Shown piece by piece: positions 28,682-37,974 of a DNA stretch of 64,000 bases. Under the pieces are notes generated by a model. That model made no database searches. It was not told the DNA's origin and saw only the letters and a list, made by a program, of their open reading frames with translations. Every line of letters starts with the position of its first letter. Within the stretch, counting starts at the first letter, position 1. The stretch comes from Candidatus Latescibacterota bacterium (GTDB taxonomy: Bacteria; Latescibacterota; UBA2968; UBA8231), in contig OZ241867.1 in assembly GCA_965203175.1 (NCBI GenBank), positions 6,368,001 through 6,432,000 of the forward strand, given 5' to 3'. The position numbers were made by a program, and so were the translations under genes.

Positions 28682-31039
28682 ATGAAAACTCTACAACTAG
28701 CGATTGCTTCCCTCTTGCTCGCAGGCGCGGCGAGCGGCCAAAACCTGAGCTTTACCGGGTCCGACTTCGCTTCTTGGGCCCATCCGCAGGGGCTAGTGGA
28801 GGTTCTACCGCAGGGCATTAAAGTGAAGCGCTTTGCGCAGCGGTTCAACGCAGTAGCCAACGCCCGCGAATTTTCCGGCAAGCCCATCGGCGAATACGGA
28901 AAGCGCTTTGCGCGCACGCCGTCCAACCAGCAGCAGGCCGACCTAGCCGGCGACCAAGACCCCAACACGTGGTGGAAGCCCGACCCGGATACCCCAGTGC
29001 AGTTGTGGTGGCTAGAGCTTGACTTGGGGCGCTCCGTGGTCGCTGACAAGGTGCGCGTCCGCTTTCCCAACCGCGAAGGGGCCAAGCCCTTCAACTTTTT
29101 TTCGGTGTACGTCAGCCCGGGCATTCCGGTTTTCGGCGGCCGGGCCAAACGCATCGTCTATCGCCGGTTGGGTAGGCCGATCAACAACAACACCGAATCC
29201 CTAGTCGAGTTCGACCTCAAGACAACTGGCCTCGCCTCGGCCACGGGCGAGCACCTGAGCGCGGACGAGGTCCTCGACTTCGACATCATACGCTTCGTGC
29301 GCTTTGAAGCAGCCGGTGCAACGCCCGATGCCGCGCTCGCCGAAATAGAGGTGGACGGCATTGGCTTCAACCTCGCCTCCATGGTACAGGTCGAGGACCG
29401 CACCGAGCACTGGGGAGGCCGGACGTGGACGTCCAAGCACCGCGACTGCCCAGGGTGCGGCAAGGGTAGCGGGGCCGAGGCCCTCATCGACCAAGACTTG
29501 GGATTTCGCGGGTGGAATATCGAAGCCTCAGACAAGGGCAACTGGCGCGATTCAGGTGCCTGGTCCGTCATCGATTTCGGCAACGTCTTTCGCGTCGATC
29601 GCCTCATTTGGCTGCCGATTGTGTCGGGCCGCGGCCCGTTCCTCTACGGTTTCCAGCGCGACAAGCAAGGCAGTTGGCCCCGTTTCGAATTCTTAGTCTC
29701 CGACGGCACCCCCAGCAACAGTGCCGATCCAGTCGTCGAAGGCCCCTTCCACTACGAGTTGCTGTCGTCCGTGTCCAACTCCGGTCGCTATTTATTCGAT
29801 TTCCAGTTCGAGCCGCGCGCGCTGCGGCTGCTGTTGTGGCGCATAACGCGACCGCCGCAGCACAACCGCGCCTCCCAACTCTTCGTCTTCCACAGCGAGG
29901 GCTATCCCGTGCAAGTCGAACTGGAGTCCGAGGATATTTCCCTCGGCGGCGCTCGCAGCATGCGCTTCGTCGAATGGGACTCCGACCTGCCGCCCGGAAC
30001 GCGCATCGAAGTGGAAACCCAAACCGGCAATGGCTTCCAGACCCTCAAGCGCTACTTCCTCGTCAACGGCAAAGAAGTAACCAAACAAGCCTACGAGTCT
30101 GCCAAGTCCCGCAACCGCGGCGACATCGTCGAGGAACATGTGCGCGATGATACCTGGAGCTCGTATAGCCAACCCCACCGGTTCTCAGGGCAGGCTTTCC
30201 TCTCGCCGTCGCCGCGAAAGTGGCTGCGGGCGCGGGTGCGGCTCATCAGCGACGATCCAACGGTCTTTCCCACCCTGCGATCGCTCACGTTTGTGGCCAA
30301 TGCGCCGGTCATCACAGCCGGGCTGACGGGCCGCGTCTTTCCCCGCGAAGCCGTCATGGATTCCCTGCAGGCGTTTCGCTACACCATCGCGCCGGTGGGC
30401 TTCAGCAGCCGAGACGCTGGGTTCGACCGCGCGCTCATCCTACTCCCGCCCGGCAGCGGCCGCGATGCCGCATTCATCAGCGCCTCCGTGGGGAGAGACG
30501 AGGTTGCAGCCACCGGCCTATTGCAGGGGGATTCGCTCTTAGTGGAACTGCCACCGCCGCTGGTCCGGCGGGATTCGGTCGCCATCGCCTTTTCCGCGCG
30601 CCTGTCCCACAGCCCCACGGTCTTCAACGCGTTCGTCTCCAACTCGGCCGCAGAAGATAATCTCCAAGGCGTCGTGCCCGCCGAGTTCGGCGCCGATATA
30701 GTCTTCGTGCCCGAGGCAGTCGCCGGCGGCTCGTTGATCCGCAACGTCGAGTACACCCGCTCGATATCCCCCAACGGCGATGGCACCAACGACCAATGCG
30801 AACTGAATTTCACCGTCGTCAAGACCGAACAAGCACCGCGAGTACAGGTTTTTACCCTAGACGGCCGGCCCATAGTCGAGCTCGCAAGTCAAGGTGCACC
30901 GGGGCGGCGCGTCCACTATGTCTGGGACGGACGGAGCGCCGACCGCGCGGTGCCGCCCGGTATCTACGTCCTGCGCATTGCCATAGAAGCAGATGCCCGC
31001 GCCGACCGCGTTTACAGGCTTGTACATGTCGTTTATTAA
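28682..31039 (+). CDS. Secreted protein, two discoidin-like domains plus C-terminal PNGDG/FlgD-Ig domain (paralog 3)
   Basis: GGAGG RBS; signal peptide; LELDLGR, IDFGN, ISPNGDGTND and VPPGIY. Confidence 0.75.
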   Translation: MKTLQLAIASLLLAGAASGQNLSFTGSDFASWAHPQGLVEVLPQGIKVKRFAQRFNAVANAREFSGKPIGEYGKRFARTPSNQQQADLAGDQDPNTWWKPDPDTPVQLWWLELDLGRSVVADKVRVRFPNREGAKPFNFFSVYVSPGIPVFGGRAKRIVYRRLGRPINNNTESLVEFDLKTTGLASATGEHLSADEVLDFDIIRFVRFEAAGATPDAALAEIEVDGIGFNLASMVQVEDRTEHWGGRTWTSKHRDCPGCGKGSGAEALIDQDLGFRGWNIEASDKGNWRDSGAWSVIDFGNVFRVDRLIWLPIVSGRGPFLYGFQRDKQGSWPRFEFLVSDGTPSNSADPVVEGPFHYELLSSVSNSGRYLFDFQFEPRALRLLLWRITRPPQHNRASQLFVFHSEGYPVQVELESEDISLGGARSMRFVEWDSDLPPGTRIEVETQTGNGFQTLKRYFLVNGKEVTKQAYESAKSRNRGDIVEEHVRDDTWSSYSQPHRFSGQAFLSPSPRKWLRARVRLISDDPTVFPTLRSLTFVANAPVITAGLTGRVFPREAVMDSLQAFRYTIAPVGFSSRDAGFDRALILLPPGSGRDAAFISASVGRDEVAATGLLQGDSLLVELPPPLVRRDSVAIAFSARLSHSPTVFNAFVSNSAAEDNLQGVVPAEFGADIVFVPEAVAGGSLIRNVEYTRSISPNGDGTNDQCELNFTVVKTEQAPRVQVFTLDGRPIVELASQGAPGRRVHYVWDGRSADRAVPPGIYVLRIAIEADARADRVYRLVHVVY

Positions 31040-31052
31040 GAGGGAGCACACT

Positions 31053-33698
31053 GTGAGACGTCAAATCTTCACATTGTTAATTTGTCCATTCGCATGGATG
31101 GTGCCGCAAGAGGCAAGCGCCCAACGCGCCACCGGGTACGACAACCCCTATTACACTACGGGGACAGAAGTCTCTCCGGCGACCCTCGTGCCCTCGGTGC
31201 GCAAGTGGTATCTGCCGCAGCGGCTGTACTCGCTGTACGACTGGCGGCAAGAGCAGTACTCCAACTACGCCCGCGACCACTACGAGCGCTACACCGAGGT
31301 CTTCTTGGAAGGCTCGCCGTTCTACGACGTGTACGGCAATTACATCACGCAGGGCTGGCTAGTGTACGACTGGACCGAAGACTACCCAGAAGACAACGGC
31401 AGCATCATCACCAAAAATCCGCGCTTTCGTTCGTGGTTCAACAACCTGCTCGTGTCGTCGAGCCAGTCCGGGCAGTTCTACTCGGCCCTGATGGTGGGCG
31501 ACGGCATCCGCACGACCCTGACCCCTCTGACATTTTCCAAGCCGCGCTTCGACGGCATTCAGTGGGATCTTACAACCGACAAGTACGCCCTGACCATGCT
31601 GACGTCGAGGGTCAGCAACACCGGAGAAATTTCCTCTAGCGAAGTCGGCGGTGGCGTCCAAGCCAATACCTTCACCGCTCTGATGGCGGCCAGAGGGCGG
31701 GTACAGGTCGGTGATTTTGCCGCCCTCGGCGCGACCTTTGTCAATGCGGCTCATCGCAACTCCAACCTGCCGTTTGGCGACAACTCGCTCAGTGGCCTGC
31801 TCAGCGGCCCGATGAACGCGGACTTTGTCCGCTCCATCGTCGTGCGCATCTCCGACGATTCGCCCGAAGACGGCGAGGGCGGCGCGCTGCTGTCGCGCTG
31901 GCGCATCTTCATCGATGGAGTCGAGCACACTGGAGACATCGTCCCCGTGGTCGAGGGCGGCATTCGCCGCGGCGGCGCGATTGTGGCCAGCGGCACGGAT
32001 GTCATCACCCTGACCTACAACATCGAAGACTTTTCCCCGAGTACAGAAGACGCCATCGACGATTTTCGCGAGATCGAGCGCATTGAGATCGGCCTTGTGC
32101 TGGCCAACGACTACAAGGTCGAAGTGACCTCTAACAAGCAGACCAACAACCTCGGCACGCCCGTATTCCTGCCGGTGCTGCGCGCGGCCGGCAACGTCAA
32201 GGACGGCTCGAATCAGGCATTTCACCGGTTCAGCTACGGCCTGCCGACCGGGACCCGCATGTTGGGCTTCGACCTCGCCGTTGCCGATCTGCAGGGCTTT
32301 GACTTCCGGGGCGAGTTCGTCCGCAACTTTCAGTACCGCCGCTTTCCCAACGAGAACGTGGCCAAGGACCAGACACTGGCCACCAACAAAGCCCAAGCCC
32401 TGTACGCAACCGCGCAGAAACGCAACTATCCCTATACGTTTTTCGCCGAGGTTTTCAGCATCGACGCGGATTACTCCACCCGCGCCTTTATGCCCAACGC
32501 CGAGGGAAACGTGTATTACGATAACGAGCAGCGGCACCTGTACGAATTCGTCGATGACAACGACGATCAGGACGAGTTGCCGGACTGGACGCGGCGCACG
32601 TTCGGCAGCCGCGTCAACACTCGGCAGGGGCAACAGTTGCTGACCGACGCCGCAGTCTTCCCAGGCATTGACGAGGACAACGACGACATCTCGGATTTCA
32701 ACCGCAACTTCAACACCCAGCCCGACTACGAGGAGCCATTCTTGCGTTTTGATGTGGACCCGCCGGAGTTTTTGTTCGGCATGGACATGAACAGCAACGG
32801 CGTCATCGACCGCTTCGAAGACGACGGGGAAGCCGATTACCCCTACAAGCTGGGCCGCCAGGGATTCAACACCTATGCCGCCGTCGAAATCCTGCCTCGT
32901 ACGACCGTCATGGTCGGCTATCTCGACCAGCAACTGCTAGACACAGCCCGAGAAAACCAAGCCGCTTACCTACTGCTGACCGCTAAAAAGGAATTTCCCG
33001 AAAAGGACTTCAGCGCGTGGCTGATTGCCAATCCGCGCCGGGTCAAAGACGACATTCCCGACGACGTGCTGTTGTGGCGCGACCTGCCCGGCACGCGCGG
33101 CCGCTCGGTCTTTACCCGCGACCTCCTGCCCGCGCGCAACGCCTTCGTCAACACCACGTACCTCGAAGTACACTACGACCGCTTTCTGCCCTTGACGGCC
33201 AAGATCAAACACGAATTCTATCAGCAATTAGGCGATCAGGAAGACGAGTTGCGCGACCAGCGCTTCTTGGGCATCGTCACCAAAGGCGAATACTCTACCC
33301 ACATTCGCAACTGGATCTTGGTGCCCAAGTGGAAACAGCTTTACAACAGCCGGGTGCCGGCGCAGCGCAGTGCGCTCAAAATCCGCGAGCTAACGGAAAT
33401 TTTCTCGCTACAAGCCGTGCGCAGCATCAACCGCAACATGCGCTTCATCGTCGGAGCCGAGTACGAGCTGTTCAACAACCTCCGCCCCGAACCAGACCCC
33501 CTGCCCTCGGGTTACCTCCTCGACGGCACGACGTGGGTGCTCGCCAGCCAAGTCGCCAACGACTCCGCGTACCTAGGCTACGCCCTGACGACAAACGTCG
33601 GCGTGCGTTGGATTCGCAACAACCTCGACGGGTCGCCGGCTTCGTCCGAACTGTTGTCCTTCATCACGGTGTACGCGGGCTTGGGCACGGACCGCTAG
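31053..33698 (+). CDS. Large secreted, probable outer-membrane protein with Asp-rich Ca-binding-like loops
   Basis: GTG start after AGGGAG; signal peptide; DDNDDQD, DEDNDD and DMNSNG motifs; amphipathic beta-strand pattern near the C-terminus. Confidence 0.65.
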   Translation: MRRQIFTLLICPFAWMVPQEASAQRATGYDNPYYTTGTEVSPATLVPSVRKWYLPQRLYSLYDWRQEQYSNYARDHYERYTEVFLEGSPFYDVYGNYITQGWLVYDWTEDYPEDNGSIITKNPRFRSWFNNLLVSSSQSGQFYSALMVGDGIRTTLTPLTFSKPRFDGIQWDLTTDKYALTMLTSRVSNTGEISSSEVGGGVQANTFTALMAARGRVQVGDFAALGATFVNAAHRNSNLPFGDNSLSGLLSGPMNADFVRSIVVRISDDSPEDGEGGALLSRWRIFIDGVEHTGDIVPVVEGGIRRGGAIVASGTDVITLTYNIEDFSPSTEDAIDDFREIERIEIGLVLANDYKVEVTSNKQTNNLGTPVFLPVLRAAGNVKDGSNQAFHRFSYGLPTGTRMLGFDLAVADLQGFDFRGEFVRNFQYRRFPNENVAKDQTLATNKAQALYATAQKRNYPYTFFAEVFSIDADYSTRAFMPNAEGNVYYDNEQRHLYEFVDDNDDQDELPDWTRRTFGSRVNTRQGQQLLTDAAVFPGIDEDNDDISDFNRNFNTQPDYEEPFLRFDVDPPEFLFGMDMNSNGVIDRFEDDGEADYPYKLGRQGFNTYAAVEILPRTTVMVGYLDQQLLDTARENQAAYLLLTAKKEFPEKDFSAWLIANPRRVKDDIPDDVLLWRDLPGTRGRSVFTRDLLPARNAFVNTTYLEVHYDRFLPLTAKIKHEFYQQLGDQEDELRDQRFLGIVTKGEYSTHIRNWILVPKWKQLYNSRVPAQRSALKIRELTEIFSLQAVRSINRNMRFIVGAEYELFNNLRPEPDPLPSGYLLDGTTWVLASQVANDSAYLGYALTTNVGVRWIRNNLDGSPASSELLSFITVYAGLGTDR

Positions 33699-33699
33699 C

Positions 33700-35058
33700 C
33701 TATTCAAACGCTTTCTCCAACGCCGCTGGAAACACCTGTATTTGACCTGCATACGCTTCGCGCAACTCGGCCAATAGCGCATCCATGGCCTCGGTTTCAG
33801 CCCGTTGCCGCAGGGCCGCGCGAATGCTCTCCCGCACAAAAGCAAAATCCACCACCTGGCCATCGGTGCGGGTAAACTGGTCGAGGTGCTGGTCGTAAAA
33901 GGCCCGCACGGCTGCGTCGTCAATTTCCCCGACCCGTTCGGCCTCGGCTTGGTAGAGCCGCTTGACCAACAGGGCGTCTCGTTCCCGTTCGACGCTGGCG
34001 CGGATATCCGCATCGTCGGCGATTCCCAGCTTTCGGGCTTCCGCCACCATGATCTGCTTGCCAGCGAGGTTATCCACGGCCTTGTACAGGCGCGCACTGT
34101 CGAGTTCGGCCGGATGCGGCGCACGACCCTGTTCGACTAAGGCGAGGTACTCCTGCGCTATGAACTGGCCGCCGCGCCAAGTAAGCAGCGGCGCGTCCCC
34201 TCCACCCCACTGCGTCGATTGCCGCGGAAGGGCGAGCAACTCGGCAAAAACCCCCGCGTCCAGCGCCAACTGATACCGCTGGCGCAGGGTGCCGACGTAG
34301 CGCTCCATATCATCGGCCCGGCTCTGCACGAGGGCCTGTTTCTCCACCCACTCGCGAGCCGTAGCAAAATCGACGGGGCGCCGCTCTCCAAGCCTGAAGA
34401 CGTGGTAGCCGCTCACAGTCTGCACGGGATCGGGATACACGCTGCCGATGGGCATGGTGCTAAGCGGCACCTTCAGCCCCTCGTACACCTCGCCGATCTT
34501 AAACCAGCCGACCCAACCGCCGGGGCCAAAGCGCTGCTGAATATTCTGGAGCGAATAAGGTCTGATCAGCGACTCAAAAGGCACCCCTTCTTCAAGCAGT
34601 TCGAGGACCAGACGAGCCTCTTCCTCGGTCGCGCAGACGATGTGCTGGCTGAGCACTTCCACGTCGTACTGCTGTTGGGCAAAAAACGCCCGCAGATCCG
34701 CGTCCGAAAACGAATACGACGCCTGCACAGCTTCCTGCTCGTAGAGCTTGTTCATCAGCGCCCTGCGCTCGCTCTTGGCCACGGCCTGAGCGATAGCCGA
34801 ATCGCGGTCGTACCCGCGCCGCAGGGCCTCGGCAATGAGCAACTCCCGCGCGATGACGCCGTCGAGCAGTTCCTGCTTACCCTGCTGATCCAGCTCCTCA
34901 ACGTGGCTATAGCCGGTCTCCCGCAGCTTTTGCGCTGTTTTCTCGAACTCCTCTACTGACATGCTCTTTTCGCCGATGCGCAGAACCGTCTCTTCCGCGC
35001 ACCAAGCCGCGCTGCCCAAGACGAGGAGCGCGAAAGTGCTAACTAGCGAGTATTTCAA
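33700..35058 (-). CDS. Parvulin-type peptidyl-prolyl isomerase (SurA/PrsA-like chaperone)
   Basis: Signal peptide; SurA-like helical regions; HIVCATEEEA, GGWVGW and PVQTVSGYHVF. Confidence 0.8.
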   Translation of the reverse strand: MKYSLVSTFALLVLGSAAWCAEETVLRIGEKSMSVEEFEKTAQKLRETGYSHVEELDQQGKQELLDGVIARELLIAEALRRGYDRDSAIAQAVAKSERRALMNKLYEQEAVQASYSFSDADLRAFFAQQQYDVEVLSQHIVCATEEEARLVLELLEEGVPFESLIRPYSLQNIQQRFGPGGWVGWFKIGEVYEGLKVPLSTMPIGSVYPDPVQTVSGYHVFRLGERRPVDFATAREWVEKQALVQSRADDMERYVGTLRQRYQLALDAGVFAELLALPRQSTQWGGGDAPLLTWRGGQFIAQEYLALVEQGRAPHPAELDSARLYKAVDNLAGKQIMVAEARKLGIADDADIRASVERERDALLVKRLYQAEAERVGEIDDAAVRAFYDQHLDQFTRTDGQVVDFAFVRESIRAALRQRAETEAMDALLAELREAYAGQIQVFPAALEKAFE

Positions 35059-36738
35059 CTATTCCCTTTCTTCGCTTGTTTCCCGAATCACAATGCTCTG
35101 ATCGGCCTCCACATCCAGTAGCGTCTGCACCACGCCGCTAGGCCAATGAACTTGCAGCGTATCTACCTGCGCGTGGTTGCCCAAGCCAAGTATCAAACGC
35201 ACATCGTTGGAACCCATATAGCCGTAGCTCCGGCGGATCTCCCGCGTCTGCACCAAGTCGCCGGCCACGGCGCGGACGCGCGCGCCCAAGCCATCCCGAT
35301 TGCTCGCGGTTCCAACGGCCTCAATCATTAGATAGTGATTTGCATTGCCGCCATCGTTGCGCAGCAAGGTGCAATGCGGAGCGGCCGAATCCGAGACGAA
35401 TATATCCACGTCCCCGTCGTTGTCGCAGTCGCCAAACACCGCGCCGTGACTGACGCGCTCGACCAGCATCCCCGGCCCGCTGTGCTCGGTTACCTCGGCG
35501 AATGAACCGTCGCCCCGGTTGCGGAAGAGTTGGTTGCGCTGCGGATACGTGGTGGCTGGGTCGTATTCTTCCACGTTCTCGTCGAGGTGTCCATTGCTGA
35601 CGAACACATCGAGGAACCCGTCGTTGTCGAAATCGAAAAAGGCGGACGTCATGCCGAGATACGGCACACTCGGCACACCTAAGTTGGCCGCAAACGTGAC
35701 ATCCGTGAAGAACCCATCGCCGTCGTTGTGGTAGAGCGTGTTGGGCAGCCACTGGAAGGTCGCCACAATAATGTCGAGGAACCCGTCGTTGTTGTAGTCG
35801 CCCCAATCGGCCCCCATAGCCGACTCGGCCAACCCTTCCTCGTTGTACGCCACCCCGGCCTCAGCGCCATTTTCGCTAAACGTTCCGTCCCCATTGTTGA
35901 GGAAGAGAAAATTGGGCCGCTTGTCGTTGGCGACGAACAAATCGGCGTCCCCATCGTTGTCGAAATCGCCGAACACCGCGGCGAGTTGGCGACCCGAATC
36001 GTCGGCGAGACCAACTTCTGTGGTCACATCGGCAAAGCGGCTACCCTCGTCGTTGCGGTAGAGCACGCCTGCCTGCCCAGGGTACGTATTGGGGCCGCAG
36101 TAAATGCGCACTGTGCCGGCGAAGCACTCCTCGTTGTGATCCGGGTCGAACTCCATGTAATTGGCCGCGTACAAATCCAAATCGCCATCGCGGTCGTAAT
36201 CGACAAAAGCCGCGTGCGTGCCCCACCCTAAATCCCCGACCGCAGTTGCAACCGTGACGTCGGCGAAAACGCCGCCACTTTCGTTCCGGTACAATACATT
36301 CGGCCCGTAATTGGTCACGTACAAATCCGCATCGCCGTCGTTGTCGTAGTCGCCGACGGCCGCGCCCATGCCAAAGCCAGCGTCGCCCGTGCCAGCCGCG
36401 GCCGTGACGTCGGCAAAGGTTCCGTCTCGTTGATTGCGATAGTGCGCGTTGGGGCTGGTCGGGCCGCGATAACCGGGCATGGGCGCACCATTGACAATGT
36501 ACAGGTCGAGCCACCCATCGCCGTCGTCGTCGAAAAAGGCCGCACCCGAGCCGACAGCTTCCACCATGAACTTGTGACCGCTGGCCCCGTTGACATAGCG
36601 AAAATCCAGGCCCGCTTCCTCGGTAATCTCCACAAATGCGGCCCCAATACTGAGGCCGGAAAGCGGCGAAACCGGCTCGGCTGTGGCTAACGCGGCGAAC
36701 ACAACGCTCACCCACAGCGGTAAGATCCTCAGCATCAT
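35059..36738 (-). CDS. CRTAC1-family protein (FG-GAP repeats plus ASPIC/UnbV domain)
   Basis: Repeated DxDNDGxxDLxVxN; C-terminal SNRDGLGARV...GLG...VHWPSG; true start at MMLRIL. Confidence 0.9.
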   Translation of the reverse strand: MMLRILPLWVSVVFAALATAEPVSPLSGLSIGAAFVEITEEAGLDFRYVNGASGHKFMVEAVGSGAAFFDDDGDGWLDLYIVNGAPMPGYRGPTSPNAHYRNQRDGTFADVTAAAGTGDAGFGMGAAVGDYDNDGDADLYVTNYGPNVLYRNESGGVFADVTVATAVGDLGWGTHAAFVDYDRDGDLDLYAANYMEFDPDHNEECFAGTVRIYCGPNTYPGQAGVLYRNDEGSRFADVTTEVGLADDSGRQLAAVFGDFDNDGDADLFVANDKRPNFLFLNNGDGTFSENGAEAGVAYNEEGLAESAMGADWGDYNNDGFLDIIVATFQWLPNTLYHNDGDGFFTDVTFAANLGVPSVPYLGMTSAFFDFDNDGFLDVFVSNGHLDENVEEYDPATTYPQRNQLFRNRGDGSFAEVTEHSGPGMLVERVSHGAVFGDCDNDGDVDIFVSDSAAPHCTLLRNDGGNANHYLMIEAVGTASNRDGLGARVRAVAGDLVQTREIRRSYGYMGSNDVRLILGLGNHAQVDTLQVHWPSGVVQTLLDVEADQSIVIRETSEERE

Positions 36739-37922
36739 CGGCCCATCTGCGCGGCGATTTGCTCGGCGGCCACGAGGTTGCGGCGGAGCTTGGGGTGGTT
36801 GGGCTGATAGCGCAGGCCGCGGCGGAAGGAGGCAATGGCGCGCTCGTACTCTTTGCGCAACATCTGGACATTGCCCAATCCCAAGTGCGCGAGGGCGTAC
36901 GTGGAATCGGCCCGCAATGCACGGCGAAACCGCTGCTCGGCTGCGGCCATTTCCCCCCAGCGGAAGTGGATGTTGCCGAGATTGTGGTGCGCGGGTGCAA
37001 ACGCAGGATCGCGGTCGAGTGCCTGGAGGTAGCGGATGCGCGCTTCTCGGTATTGGCCGCGCTGCCCGTACACAACAGCCAAGTCGTGGTACGCGCCAGC
37101 GTCGTCGGGGTGCGTCGCCAAGGTGTTTTTCAGTATGGCGATCCGCTCTTCGTCGTCGTCGAGCCGCTTGTACAGCGCGAGCTGGCGTCGCCCCTCTTCC
37201 TTCTGCCCGGAGCGCAGCAAGGCATTGCCGAGGTTGAAGCGGGCCTGGGCAAACAGCGAATCCAGCCACACGGCGCGGCTAAATTCGGCCACCGCCGCCT
37301 CGTAGTCGCGCCGGAGATAATGGCTGCGCCCCAAGCCATTGCGGAATTGAGCCGAGGTCGTATCTGCGGCTACGGCACGGCTAAAGGCTTGCTCAGCAGC
37401 CGCGTAGTCGTTTTGCTTGATATGAGCTTCGCCGAGGTTGAACCACGCCTCCCCGTACTTGGGCACGGCGGCAATGGCGCGCTGATACGCGGCAATCGCG
37501 GCTGGGTAGCGCCCCTCGCGGGCGTGCAGCAACCCCAGCACCATGTGCGCTTGGGCGCGGTCGGGCTGCTCCCGCACCGTCTGTTCGAGCAAGGCCAAGG
37601 CATCGTCGTAGCGGTCGAGGCGCGTCAGCAGGATCGCCAACTCGGTCCGCGTCTTGGCGTGGCTCGGCGCTAGGGCAATGGCCTGCTCGTACGCGCGGAC
37701 GGCGGCGGGCAGGGCCTCGTTTTTCGCCTGGGCCTCGGCCAACTTGCGGTAGAGCACTGCCGATTTTGCGTTCTGGTCAACGGCGCGCTCGTAGTGGGCG
37801 GCGGCTTCTCCGTAGTGGCCAGCGCGCATCGAGCGGTCGCCCTGTACTTCGTGTGCCGGGTCGGGTGCTTCCGCACAGCCGACAATCGCCAGCAGGAGCA
37901 GAGGGGGTCTGTACCAAGACAT
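36735..37922 (-). CDS. Tetratricopeptide-repeat lipoprotein
   Basis: Lipobox IVGC after MSWYRPP; many TPRs (AWFNLG, ARFNLG, AHHNLG). Confidence 0.85.
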   Translation of the reverse strand: MSWYRPPLLLLAIVGCAEAPDPAHEVQGDRSMRAGHYGEAAAHYERAVDQNAKSAVLYRKLAEAQAKNEALPAAVRAYEQAIALAPSHAKTRTELAILLTRLDRYDDALALLEQTVREQPDRAQAHMVLGLLHAREGRYPAAIAAYQRAIAAVPKYGEAWFNLGEAHIKQNDYAAAEQAFSRAVAADTTSAQFRNGLGRSHYLRRDYEAAVAEFSRAVWLDSLFAQARFNLGNALLRSGQKEEGRRQLALYKRLDDDEERIAILKNTLATHPDDAGAYHDLAVVYGQRGQYREARIRYLQALDRDPAFAPAHHNLGNIHFRWGEMAAAEQRFRRALRADSTYALAHLGLGNVQMLRKEYERAIASFRRGLRYQPNHPKLRRNLVAAEQIAAQMGR

Positions 37923-37929
37923 ATTAAAA

Positions 37930-37958
37930 AGTATAGACCGAGCTAGTACTACCGACAA
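37930..37958 (-). promoter_or_regulatory. sigma70-like promoter of the TPR/ASPIC/PPIase operon, probably leaderless
   Basis: Minus strand TTGTCG-N17-TATACT, 7 nt before the ATG at 37922. Confidence 0.55.
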
Positions 37959-37974
37959 ACTCACAGGACCATCC

